Below, piece after piece: positions 1-9,328 of a stretch of DNA of 64,000 nt. How positions within the stretch are numbered: position 1 is the first letter of the stretch; every line of letters starts with the position of its first letter. The position numbers were made by a program, and so were the translations under genes. Location: NCBI GenBank assembly GCA_963717005.1, contig OY970324.1, positions 4,426,573 to 4,490,572 on the forward strand, read 5' to 3'. The notes beneath the pieces were generated by a model that saw only the letters and a list, made by a program, of their open reading frames with translations, ran no database searches and had not been told where the DNA came from. This DNA comes from an uncultured delta proteobacterium. GTDB taxonomy: Bacteria; Desulfobacterota; Binatia; Binatales; Binataceae.

Positions 1-1014
1 ATGGCCGCAGGTGTACTTCAGGTCGAGGCGCTTGACGATCCGGTGGGGACCGCGATCGAGCGATGGACGCGGCCCAACGGGCTGAAGATCGAAAAGATCA
101 GAGTGCCGATTGGCGTGATCGCGATGATTTACGAATCGCGGCCCAACGTCACGGTCGATGCGGCCGCGCTGACGCTCAAGGCCGGCAACGCAGTGGTATT
201 GCGCGGCGGCAGCGAAGCGCTCAGCAGCAACGGATTTTTGGCGGGATTGGTCGCGCACGCGTTGAAGGACGCGGGGCTCGATTCGGATGCGGCGACCTTT
301 ATCAGCGACCCCAATCGCGAAGTGATCCAGGTAATGAAGCGCCGCCGCGAGTTGATCGATCTGATAATCCCGCGCGGGGGCAAGTCGTTGAAGGACGCGC
401 TGGACGGGTCAGCGGTGCCGCTGCTGCCGCATTTCGACGGTAAATGCCACACCTACGTCGATCGATTCGCGGATTTGAAGATGGCGGAAGAAATTTGCCT
501 GAATGCGAAATGCTCGCGGCCTTCGGTCTGCAATTCGATGGAGAAGTTGCTGGTTCATCGCGCAGTCGCGGAGAAATTTCTGCCGTCGATCGCCGCGCGG
601 ATGACGGCGGCTGGGGTCGAGCTTCGCGGCGACGACGCGACCCGAAAAATCGTGCCGGCGGCGCGCGCGGCGACGGACGAAGACTGGGACGCGGAATACC
701 TCGACCTGATCCTGGCGATTAAGGTGGTGGATTCGGTCGATGAGGCGATCGCGTTTATCGCGCGTCACGGATCGCATCTGGCCGACGCGATCGTCACCGG
801 CGACGCGGGAACGGCTGCGCGCTTTGAACGGGAGGTCGATTCGGCTACCGTTTACGTCAATGCCTCGACGCGTTTCACTGACGGTTTCGAGTTCGGATTT
901 GGCGCGGAGACGGGAATCTCGACCAATCGATTGCACGCGCGCGGGCCGATGGGACTCAACGAGTTGACCACATATAAGTACGTGGTGCGCGGGACTGGAC
1001 AAGTCCGCGCCTGA
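1..1014 (+). CDS. proA: Gamma-glutamyl phosphate reductase (5' part lies outside the window)
   Basis: Motifs VPIGVIAMIYESRPNVT, KAGNAVVLRGGSEA, catalytic PSVCNS, NASTRFTDGFEFGFGAE..ISTNRLHARGPMGL; proA-nadD-rsfS synteny. Confidence 0.97.
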   Translation: MAAGVLQVEALDDPVGTAIERWTRPNGLKIEKIRVPIGVIAMIYESRPNVTVDAAALTLKAGNAVVLRGGSEALSSNGFLAGLVAHALKDAGLDSDAATFISDPNREVIQVMKRRRELIDLIIPRGGKSLKDALDGSAVPLLPHFDGKCHTYVDRFADLKMAEEICLNAKCSRPSVCNSMEKLLVHRAVAEKFLPSIAARMTAAGVELRGDDATRKIVPAARAATDEDWDAEYLDLILAIKVVDSVDEAIAFIARHGSHLADAIVTGDAGTAARFEREVDSATVYVNASTRFTDGFEFGFGAETGISTNRLHARGPMGLNELTTYKYVVRGTGQVRA

Positions 1015-1039
1015 TCTTCGCGGCGCGAAATCAAATCCA

Positions 1040-1678
1040 ATGCGGGTAGGATTGTTCGGCGGCAGTTTCAATCCGATTCATCTCGGGCATCTGCGCGCGG
1101 CCGAGGAAGTTCGCGAGGCCTTGCAGCTCGACCTGGTCTATTTCATTCCGGCCGCGTCGCCGCCGCACAAGGCGGAAGGCGAACTGGCGCCCGCGGAGCA
1201 TCGGCTGGCGATGGTGCGGCTGGCGACCAAGGGCAACCGGCATTTCATGACGTCGGATGTGGAGATACGGCGCGCCGGGCGATCGTACACGATCGAGACG
1301 GTGCGTTATTTTCTCGCGACGCTGCGGCAGCCGGCGACGCTCTTCCTGTTGATGGGCGCGGATCAGTTCGCCGAGCTGGATTCATGGAAGGAGCCCGAGG
1401 AGCTGGTGCGGCTGTGCAATTTCGCCGTTCATACAAGGTTAACCGAAGGGAAAGACGGGCCGGCGCGAATATCAGTTGCCGCGCTCAAACGGTTTGGCTA
1501 CACTCAGGCAGACGATCACTACGTGCATTCGAGCGGACAAACGCTATCTTTTGTCGAAACCACGTTCCTCCCCATTTCAGCGACTGAAATTCGCGGCAAA
1601 CTGCGACACGGTGAATCGATCAGGTACCTGGTGCCGATCAACGTCGTCGATTACATCCAGCGTCACGCGCTGTATTGA
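1040..1678 (+). CDS. nadD: Nicotinate-nucleotide adenylyltransferase
   Basis: GLFGGSFNPIHLGH (HxGH), SPPHK, SYTIET, MGADQ, ISATEIR. Confidence 0.97.
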   Translation: MRVGLFGGSFNPIHLGHLRAAEEVREALQLDLVYFIPAASPPHKAEGELAPAEHRLAMVRLATKGNRHFMTSDVEIRRAGRSYTIETVRYFLATLRQPATLFLLMGADQFAELDSWKEPEELVRLCNFAVHTRLTEGKDGPARISVAALKRFGYTQADDHYVHSSGQTLSFVETTFLPISATEIRGKLRHGESIRYLVPINVVDYIQRHALY

Positions 1679-1769
1679 GGTTCGCTCTGCTTAAACTCCC
1701 CCGTTCATTTTCATCTCGATCGAACCATCCACAGACGGCGAACCCGCCGCCAATTCGCGGTCAGATTTC

Positions 1770-2159
1770 TTGACGGCGCTGAAGAAGGCCATCGCAGCGG
1801 CCCGGGCGGCGCTGGAAAAAAAGGCCTACGACCTGGTCGTGCTCGAAGCCGAGCATCTGAAACCGGTGGCGGATTATTTCTTGGTGGCGACCGGCCGATC
1901 CGACGTGCAGGTGCAGGCGATCGCGCGCGGAATCGAAGAGGCGATGGGCAAGGCAGGACAGCGCGCGCTGGCGGTCGAGGGGATGCATCATGCGCATTGG
2001 GTGGTGCTCGATTACGACGACGTTATCATCCACCTGTTCTACGAACCGGCGCGCGAGTTCTATCGGCTCGAGACGAATTGGATCGACGCGCACGAAGTCA
2101 AGCTGCCGGAGCCGATCCGCAAGCAGGCCGAGGAACTGAGAATCCGCGCGAGCGGCTGA
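1770..2159 (+). CDS. rsfS: Ribosome silencing factor RsfS (Iojap)
   Basis: KKAYDLVVL, ADYFLVATG, WVVLDYDDVIIHLF..REFYRLE; follows nadD; start approximate. Confidence 0.95.
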   Translation: MTALKKAIAAARAALEKKAYDLVVLEAEHLKPVADYFLVATGRSDVQVQAIARGIEEAMGKAGQRALAVEGMHHAHWVVLDYDDVIIHLFYEPAREFYRLETNWIDAHEVKLPEPIRKQAEELRIRASG

Positions 2160-2181
2160 AAGCGGCGCGCGGGGCGCCTGA

Positions 2182-2421
2182 TCAAGCCTCGCGAATAATG
2201 TGCGAGATCCAGACCAGGATGACGGCGCCGACGGTGGCGACGATGATGCCGCCGATCAAGCCGTTAGGTCCCGGAATGCCCAGCGCGCCGAAGATCCATC
2301 CGCCGACGAGACCGCCGATCAGTCCCAGTACGAGGTCCCCGATTAATCCAAACCCTGCGCCACGCACGAGTTTCCCGGCCAACCAGCCCGCGATGATTCC
2401 GACTATGATCGCATAGAGCAT
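2182..2421 (-). CDS. GlsB/YeaQ/YmgE (transglycosylase-associated) small membrane protein
   Basis: IIVGIIAGWLAGKLV.G.GFGLIGDLVLGLIGGLVGG Gly-rich TM pattern; ATG at 2421. Confidence 0.9.
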   Translation of the reverse strand: MLYAIIVGIIAGWLAGKLVRGAGFGLIGDLVLGLIGGLVGGWIFGALGIPGPNGLIGGIIVATVGAVILVWISHIIREA

Positions 2422-2650
2422 TCGTAGGGCCTCACTGGGTTGTCGCGACAACGCCTCGAACGAATGAGCGTGACCGCTACTTTTTCTGTTCCATCGGAAC
2501 GCCGCAGCACTTGAGCTGGCCGTTGCCGGCCTTGGTGACGATGACCTGCGATTTGCAGTTGCCGCAGATATAAACTTTGCCGAGCTGATTTGCCATTCGT
2601 GAGTCCTGGTCCTTTCGGATGATTTAGCCGCTTAAAGTTTGTGCCGAACA

Positions 2651-3439
2651 TCACGCGCCGCGGAACAGCGGTTTGCGCTTCTCCAGAAAAGCGCGGACGC
2701 CTTCGGCACGGTCGGAAGTCGTTTGTAGCAGGGCGTACAGATCTTCCTCAAGCCTGATGCCTTGCTCCAAAGTCATGTCGTAACCCTTGAGCACGGCGTC
2801 CTTGACCAGGCGCGCGGCGAGCGGAGCGCGGCTCAGGATAGCCTCGGCGACGCGGCCGCCGGTAGCGGCGAGGTCGGCGCGGCTGTCGGCGAGATAAGTG
2901 ACGAGGCCAGCGCGAAGGGCGTCGTCGGCTCCCAGAGCCACCCCCGTAAGCATCAAGCGCAACGCGTTGGCGGCGCCTATCAAGCGCGGGAGGCGCTGCG
3001 TCGCGCCGAAATGAGGCATCGCGCCGCGCTTCACCTGGGTAATCGCGAAATGAGCGGACGAAATCGCGACGCGAATATCGGCGGCCATCGCGAGTTCGAG
3101 GCCCTCGTCGAAAGCGTCGCCGTTAATGACCGCGACGGCAGGCTTGGAGAGCACGGCGAGCGATTCGACCAGGCGCGGATCGACCGCGGCGTCGAAGCCG
3201 ACGCAGAACGCGGCGCCGGCGGCGGTGAGCGCGAGCACGCGGGCACCGGCGTCATCTTCGACGTGCTCGAACAGTTCGAGCATCCGGACCGCCATCGCGG
3301 GCGTGAGAATCGCGCGCGAGCCCGGGTAGCAAAGCGTCGCGCTGACGCATCCGCCGGCGAAGGCAACGTCGATCGTGCCGGCGGATTTGGAGCGCGCGGC
3401 GCGGCGCGGCCGGGATTTTTTGGCGGCGCGCGGCGTCAG
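2651..3439 (-). CDS. Enoyl-CoA hydratase/isomerase family protein
   Basis: AFCVGFD, KPAVAVING, GLELAMAADIR, GATQRLPRLIG, EGVRAFLEKRKPLFRG; start uncertain (possibly CTG overlapping the upstream stop). Confidence 0.88.
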   Translation of the reverse strand: MTPRAAKKSRPRRAARSKSAGTIDVAFAGGCVSATLCYPGSRAILTPAMAVRMLELFEHVEDDAGARVLALTAAGAAFCVGFDAAVDPRLVESLAVLSKPAVAVINGDAFDEGLELAMAADIRVAISSAHFAITQVKRGAMPHFGATQRLPRLIGAANALRLMLTGVALGADDALRAGLVTYLADSRADLAATGGRVAEAILSRAPLAARLVKDAVLKGYDMTLEQGIRLEEDLYALLQTTSDRAEGVRAFLEKRKPLFRGA

Positions 3440-4983
3440 ACGCCTCCGGCGGGTGCGCGCAGATCTTTGCGCAGGATTTTGCCGAGCGGATTTTTCGGCA
3501 GCGCGTCGATGAACTCGATGCGCTCGGGACGCTTGAAGCTGGCCAGCCGCGAGCGGCAGAACTCGGCGAGTTCGGGCTCGGTTACAGTCGCGCCCTTGCG
3601 CACGCAGACGAAGGCCTTGACGATTTGGCCCCATTCGATGGACGGCACGCCGATGACTGCGCATTCGTCAACCGCGGGATGGCTCATGAGGACGGTTTCG
3701 ATTTCGGCGGGTGCGATATTTTCGCCGCCGCGGATGATCATGTCGTCCTTGCGGCCGGCGAAGAAGACGTAGCCGTCGTCGTCGAGCCATCCGAGGTCGC
3801 CGGTCGCGCGCCATCCGTCGGGGAGTCGCGCGTCGTCAGCGCGGCCGGCATAGCCCTTCATGATGCGCGGGGTGCGGATGATGATTTCGCCGACCTGGCC
3901 GTGGCCAAGGAACTTGCCGTCCTCGTCGCGCACGCGAATCTCAACGTCGGGCAGCGGTTTGCCGATCGAGTTGAGGCGTTTGAGCTTGAGCTCGATCTGC
4001 TCGGGAGTGCCTTCGATTCGATGGTCGTCGGGGCCGAGCACGGTCAGCGATGAGGTTGTTTCAGTCTGACCATAGGCATTAACGAAGCCGACCTGTTTCG
4101 GGAAGACTTCGATCGCGCGTCGAATTACCTGCACCGGCATCGCGGCGCCGCCGTAGGCGAGGTTGGTGAGGGTCGAGAGATCGGTTTTCGCGAATGAAGG
4201 CTCGTCGATAATCTGCTTCATCATCGTGGGCACGACGAACGCGTGGGTGACGTGCTCGCGCGCGACGAGATCGAGCCACGCCTTGGCGTCGAACTGCGGC
4301 ATTATGATCAGCTTGCGCCCGGTCCAGATGTTGGTCATGTACGCCGTGGTTCCGGCGATGTGATAAAAGGGCACGCATACCAGCGCGACGCCGCGATCGG
4401 TGCCGTCGGCCATCTCGACATTGGCGGTCACGTAGGCGGCGAAATCGCGGAAGCGGAGCTGCACGCCTTTCGGCAGCGAGGTGGTGCCGCTGGTGTACAT
4501 CAGAATAGAGATGTCCTCGTCCTCGACTTCAGCTTCGGCTTCGTCGGGCTCGGCCTTCGCGATTAGATCCGGGAGCCGCGGCAATCCGCGGGCGCCGTCG
4601 CCGAGCGCAACGATTTTGCTCGCCCGCAGCCGGGGTTGAATCTTCGCGATCAGTTCGAGGTAGCGATCGCCGACGAGCAATGCCTTCGCGTCGGCGGTGT
4701 TGATCATGTACTCGAGCTCGGCATCCTTGGCGCGATAGTTCAGCGGCAGGAAGGTGAGCCCGGCCTTGGCGGCGGCGTAGTAGCATTGGATGTAGAGGTC
4801 GGAGTTGGTGTCGAGCACCGCTATGACCTCGCCATGCGCCAGGCCGAGCTGTTTGAAGACCGCGCACAGGCGTGAGACCCGGTCGTTCAGATCCGCATAG
4901 GTAAGGCGTCGCGGCCCGAAGACCAGGATTTCCTGATCGGGCACGATCGATGAGGGGATCGTGACGAAGTTAACCGTATTCAA
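3436..4983 (-). CDS. Long-chain-fatty-acid--CoA ligase / AMP-binding enzyme
   Basis: YTSGTTSLPKG, YGQTE, TGDLG, GRKDDMIIRGGENI, PKNPLGKILR. Confidence 0.95.
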   Translation of the reverse strand: MNTVNFVTIPSSIVPDQEILVFGPRRLTYADLNDRVSRLCAVFKQLGLAHGEVIAVLDTNSDLYIQCYYAAAKAGLTFLPLNYRAKDAELEYMINTADAKALLVGDRYLELIAKIQPRLRASKIVALGDGARGLPRLPDLIAKAEPDEAEAEVEDEDISILMYTSGTTSLPKGVQLRFRDFAAYVTANVEMADGTDRGVALVCVPFYHIAGTTAYMTNIWTGRKLIIMPQFDAKAWLDLVAREHVTHAFVVPTMMKQIIDEPSFAKTDLSTLTNLAYGGAAMPVQVIRRAIEVFPKQVGFVNAYGQTETTSSLTVLGPDDHRIEGTPEQIELKLKRLNSIGKPLPDVEIRVRDEDGKFLGHGQVGEIIIRTPRIMKGYAGRADDARLPDGWRATGDLGWLDDDGYVFFAGRKDDMIIRGGENIAPAEIETVLMSHPAVDECAVIGVPSIEWGQIVKAFVCVRKGATVTEPELAEFCRSRLASFKRPERIEFIDALPKNPLGKILRKDLRAPAGGV

Positions 4984-5711
4984 AGTGCGCTTCCTCTCTT
5001 CCAGAGCCGATGTTCGAGTTCGAGTCCCTGTCGCAGTGGCAAATCGAGGCCGCCCCAGACCGCGAGCTTGAGTAGCGCGGAGCGCTCGCGGCTGATGCGT
5101 GCGAAGGCGCGGGCGATCGCGAGAGCGCGGCGATCCAAATCGGCCAAGGGGACCACTTCGGCGACCATACCTACAAGTAACGCGTCTTGGGCGTCAATCC
5201 AACGGCCCGTGAGGCACAGGTCGAGCGCGCGGCCGAGACCGAGGCGGCGCGCACAGGTCTGCGTGCCCGCGACGCCGGGGATCATGCCGGCGCCGGTCTC
5301 GGGCAGAGAGAGGCGGGTGTCGTCGGCGGCGATTGCGAGATCGCAGAGCAGCGCCATCTCGAGTCCGCCGCCTACTGTGTAGCCGTGGACGGCGGCGATA
5401 GTCGGGATGGGCAGCGCGCGCAGCATCCCCCACACGTCGCGGCGAAAGCGGACCCATCGCGCGACGATCGGCGACGGCGCCATCCCGAATTCCGCGAGAT
5501 CGCCGCCGGTCGAGAAGGCCTGACCGGCGCCGCGCAGGACCATCGCGCGAACGTCGCGATCGTCATGGATTGCGGCGAGGATTTGGAACAGCGCGTCGCG
5601 CATCGCCATGTTGTAAGCGTTGAATTGCGCGGGACGATTGAGCGTGACCCATGCGACGGGACCGTGCTTATCGTAGAGCACCGCGGGAGAACCATTCGAT
5701 TGTGAGGGCAA
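4980..5711 (-). CDS. Enoyl-CoA hydratase/isomerase family protein
   Basis: VTLNRP..NA, AFSTGGDL, GGGLEMALLCD, LPETGAGMIPG; likely TTG start at 5711 after GAGGTAGGA (ORF track extends to 5822). Confidence 0.9.
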   Translation of the reverse strand: MPSQSNGSPAVLYDKHGPVAWVTLNRPAQFNAYNMAMRDALFQILAAIHDDRDVRAMVLRGAGQAFSTGGDLAEFGMAPSPIVARWVRFRRDVWGMLRALPIPTIAAVHGYTVGGGLEMALLCDLAIAADDTRLSLPETGAGMIPGVAGTQTCARRLGLGRALDLCLTGRWIDAQDALLVGMVAEVVPLADLDRRALAIARAFARISRERSALLKLAVWGGLDLPLRQGLELEHRLWKRGSAL

Positions 5712-5863
5712 TCCTACCTCAATGACCTTCTTGTCGCCTTGCAGCCCGAGTGAGGTCCACTTCGAGAGTGGATCTCCGGTTGATGCTTTCTCTTGATATA
5801 GCTTTTCGGCCTCAGCCTCCACCGCTTCTGCAGCCGTAGGTTGGAGAGGTTCCGGACTCTATA

Positions 5864-6370
5864 TCACTTGTGATTTGGAATTGTTGTTCGATACGAGGAG
5901 GCGGAGCGATTACTCGCTCCGACCCCGCATTCGAGAAAATTGGCGCCCACGGTTGGAGGACCAGATGCCGCAGGGTCAGAAGATTGAGGACCGACTGGAG
6001 GGGCAGGGGGTAGTGGCGTCGCCAGGGGCGTGGGGCTAATTCCTGGACCCGACGCCAAAGGCGTCATAGACGGCCCGGGCCGGGCGCTGAACGCGCTCGA
6101 GAGATGTACGCAACCTTCCCACTCTGAATGATAAAATTTGTTTGGTTTGGCAAACACTGCGCGGCAATGTTCACGGAATGCTGTCCAACTTGATTGATCC
6201 CATCCGTTCGCAGCCCAATTCGACGGGATTTTTTCTGGAATGGAACCTACCGGAGCGCTCGTGGTCGGTGTAGCGGACGGCGACTGCGCGTTCGCGTTCG
6301 CCATAATCAGCGCCGCGCCAAGTGAGAACAGAATTGCAACTAGAGTGCCTCTTGCGATTTCACGACCCCT
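5864..6370 (-). pseudogene. Putative secreted Pro/Ser/Thr-rich protein remnant in a lower-GC insert
   Basis: In-frame upstream signal-peptide-like stretch IRGREIARGTLVAILFSLGAALIMANANAQ has no canonical start codon; locally lower GC. Confidence 0.35.
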
Positions 6371-6442
6371 TATTCTTGTCTACGCGTTTGATTTTAATGC
6401 TGTCGTAGAGCGCCGCGGGCGGACCGTTGGACATCGAAGACA

Positions 6443-8002
6443 TTAGGTGGAGCGCAGGTCGGCGCTGTCGCTACTGGCGATGGCGGGACGGCCGCGCTCG
6501 TACACCACGCGGCCGCCGACGATGGTGATATCGACGGTGAGGTTCATCAGATCGGTCGGCGTGAGTGAGAATGGATCGCGCGGCAGCACGATCAAGTCGG
6601 CAAGATGTTCAGGCTCGATGACGCCGGCGTCGAGGTGCGCAAGACGGGCGGCCGCGGACGTGAAGAGCGCGAACGCGTCGGGCATCGAGAGCGCTTCGGC
6701 AGGCGCCAGCTCGACGCCGTCGATGGTGGTACGAGAAACGGCGGCTACGATCGCGGCAAACGGTTTGGCCGGCGTGACCGGTGCGTCCGTCGCGCCGACC
6801 AGGTGGACGTTGGCGTCCTTCAAGCTGCGCGCGCGATACAGATGCGCGACAAGGCCGGGCTCGGCACTGTACTTGGGACCGCGAAAATAGATGAAGCCCG
6901 GATTGGTGACGACCCATACGTTGGCGGCCATCAGGCGGTCGATGTAGTCGGGCGTGATGAAACCGCCGTGCTCGACGCGAAAGCGCGGCATCTCGCGCGG
7001 GCCGGAGAATTGCGCCCTGGCGGCCTCTATCGCGGCGACCGCCTCTTCGAGCTCTTCGATTTCGGTGACGTGAAAGGCGCAATCGAGTCCGTGATCGAGC
7101 GCGCGGCGGACGGGGCGCGAGAGGCCGGCCGGGTCGTACTGGTAGCCGGGCATGAACTTGGCGCCGGCGAGACTGATGCCGCCGGCGCGGGCGAGCTGCG
7201 CGCATCGATCGGCGGCGTCGAGATGCTGACCGCCGATCATCACTCCGACACGCTGGCAGATAGCGCTGGATTGCGCGAGCCGGGCAAACTGCTCGACTTC
7301 GGCGGGGCCGTTGCGGGTAGTGGCGTCGGTGAAGGCGGTGACGCCGGCGGCGGCCATCTCACGGCTCATGATGCGCGCGCGCGATTCCGATTCGGCGGCG
7401 GTCACCGGCGGCAAATGATCCGAGAGCCACGTTTCCATCCCGACCACGAGGCCGGTGAGTTTGCCGGCGGCGTCGCGCACCATGTTGGCGCCGTACGGCG
7501 GAGTGAAGCCGACTGCCTCGAGGCCGAGCAGCGCGATCGCGCGCGAGTTGAGCCAGGTGGCGTGGAGCGTCTGATGACGCAGGCGCAGCGGATTTTTCGG
7601 CAGCGAATGGTCGAGCTCGGCGCGCGTGGGTCCGCGATGGTCGAGCAGCAGCGCTTCGTCGCATCCGAACGCGCGCATCCAATTGCCGGGCGGAGTCTTG
7701 CCGGCGGCGAGCCGCAAGTCGGCCAGCAAATCGCCGACGGTGCGGCATCGCTGGACGGAGATGCCGGTGGCGGCGGCAGCCGCCTCGCGAAAATGGATGT
7801 GCGAATCGATGAAGCCGGGCGCGACGGTGCGGCCCGCGAGCTTAATCAGATGAGTTCGCGGACCGACCAGCGGCTTCAGATCGGCGAAGGTACCGTGCGC
7901 GACGATCGAGCCGCCCGAGATGGCGACCGAGTCGCTACCGGGATGGCCTAGGACCAGACCCTGGTGAAGAACGAGGTCTGCTTTCCCGGGCGGGGCTACC
8001 AC
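6443..8002 (-). CDS. Amidohydrolase 3 family metal-dependent hydrolase (YtcJ-like)
   Basis: PGFIDSHIH (HxH), HATWLNS, AFHVTE, RVEHGG, GATDAPV, ADLIVL. Confidence 0.9.
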   Translation of the reverse strand: MVAPPGKADLVLHQGLVLGHPGSDSVAISGGSIVAHGTFADLKPLVGPRTHLIKLAGRTVAPGFIDSHIHFREAAAAATGISVQRCRTVGDLLADLRLAAGKTPPGNWMRAFGCDEALLLDHRGPTRAELDHSLPKNPLRLRHQTLHATWLNSRAIALLGLEAVGFTPPYGANMVRDAAGKLTGLVVGMETWLSDHLPPVTAAESESRARIMSREMAAAGVTAFTDATTRNGPAEVEQFARLAQSSAICQRVGVMIGGQHLDAADRCAQLARAGGISLAGAKFMPGYQYDPAGLSRPVRRALDHGLDCAFHVTEIEELEEAVAAIEAARAQFSGPREMPRFRVEHGGFITPDYIDRLMAANVWVVTNPGFIYFRGPKYSAEPGLVAHLYRARSLKDANVHLVGATDAPVTPAKPFAAIVAAVSRTTIDGVELAPAEALSMPDAFALFTSAAARLAHLDAGVIEPEHLADLIVLPRDPFSLTPTDLMNLTVDITIVGGRVVYERGRPAIASSDSADLRST

Positions 8003-8011
8003 CGGGCCGGC

Positions 8012-8155
8012 CTAATCGGAACTTGGAAGCGGCTTGGCTTCCTTGATTTTCATCTCGACGTCGCAACATTCGACGGCGCCGGTACCGGCCTTGTTGCAGA
8101 GCACCTCGGTGCCGCACTTTTCGCACATGTAACGCTTACCGAGCACGTTAGCCAT
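8012..8155 (-). CDS. 47-aa desulforedoxin-like Cys-rich protein (not in ORF track)
   Basis: MANVLGKRYMCEKCGTEVLCNKAGTGAVECCDVEMKIKEAKPLPSSD; GAGGGAG RBS upstream; CxxC...CC metal motif; stop 10 nt before the amidohydrolase start. Confidence 0.88.
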   Translation of the reverse strand: MANVLGKRYMCEKCGTEVLCNKAGTGAVECCDVEMKIKEAKPLPSSD

Positions 8156-8193
8156 CTTGTAAACTCCCTCGAAAGTAAAACTAAAGTATCACT

Positions 8194-9132
8194 TCAACTC
8201 TGCGCAAAGGGCAATTCGGACACGATCGCGACGCCGTTCCCGCCTACTTTCAACTCAACCCCGGCCGTCCATGCACTGTGATGCAAAATCGCAAGTCCGA
8301 TTGCGCCGAAGCGCGGCGAACGGACTGCGCTCGTTACGCGGCCGACTTCCTTGCCGTCGAGACTGAGGACTGCGCCAGCCGGCGGGATGTCCGCAGTATT
8401 GAACTTAAGTCCGAACATCCGCTTTTTCAAACCGCCGCGCGCGGTCGCCCGCTCGATCGTTTCCTGGCCGAGGTAGCATCCTTTGTTAAATGAGATCGCG
8501 CGATTGAGGCGCGCCTCGAGCGCGATCGTCTTGTCGGTGGTATCGACGCCAACGCGCGCAACACCGTTTTCGATGCGAATAACTTCGAGCGCTGACAAGT
8601 CGATACGGCGTGAACCCGGCGCCTTCGCAAGAATTGCGGCGATGGTCGAATCGACCGACGAACGCGGAGCGATCATCGTCGCAGCGGGACCGCCGTAGCG
8701 AGGCAGGTTGCCGACCATCAAGCCGGTGGCTTCGATGAAGGTCCACGGCGCAAGCGACGGCGCGCCTGCCGCATCGAGCGCGGCCGGTCCTTCCACATCG
8801 ATGACAGCAAGATTGGCGGCGTCCTCGAATTCGACATCGTCGGCGACCAACAGTTTTTCGAGATGCGCGCGCGTGCGGTTCCATGCTTCGGCGTCGATGT
8901 CGAGGAGCAGTGCGTCGGCCGTCACCCAGATGAAGGCGTCGGCGATCACGTGCGCATGCTCGGTGAGAAAGAGCGCGGGCAGAATGGCGCCGGGCTTCGC
9001 GCCCTTGACGTCGGCCGTGCACATCCCGTGGAGGAATGAGGCGCGGTCGTCGCCGATCACGCGGACCAGGATTCGCGCATCGAGGGTCAGGACTCCCGCG
9101 GTCGGGCGATCGGTGCATTCGATCTGCGGCAT
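8194..9132 (-). CDS. ygfZ: YgfZ/GcvT-family folate-binding protein
   Basis: Signature ISFNKGCYLGQE; GDDRASFLHGMCT; GRVTS. Confidence 0.9.
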   Translation of the reverse strand: MPQIECTDRPTAGVLTLDARILVRVIGDDRASFLHGMCTADVKGAKPGAILPALFLTEHAHVIADAFIWVTADALLLDIDAEAWNRTRAHLEKLLVADDVEFEDAANLAVIDVEGPAALDAAGAPSLAPWTFIEATGLMVGNLPRYGGPAATMIAPRSSVDSTIAAILAKAPGSRRIDLSALEVIRIENGVARVGVDTTDKTIALEARLNRAISFNKGCYLGQETIERATARGGLKKRMFGLKFNTADIPPAGAVLSLDGKEVGRVTSAVRSPRFGAIGLAILHHSAWTAGVELKVGGNGVAIVSELPFAQS

Positions 9133-9328
9133 AACAGAATCAAGATACTGGAAAGTGGCATCGTTGCGTACTGCGGCGTAAAGAACCTAACCCTTCCCCA
9201 GGTGGAAGGGGGACCGGATAACGAGGATGAGAGGAGGCGTTTTTCGGGTAGGTTTAATTGCGGGAATTTGAATATAATTGGGGTTCCGGAGGGCGGAACG
9301 TCTATGGGCGCATTTATCCTCGGTCTGA

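Noticed and set aside
9191-9211. Hairpin cccttcc-N6-ggaaggg as a REP element
   Set aside because: Single copy in the window, so it cannot be supported as a repeat
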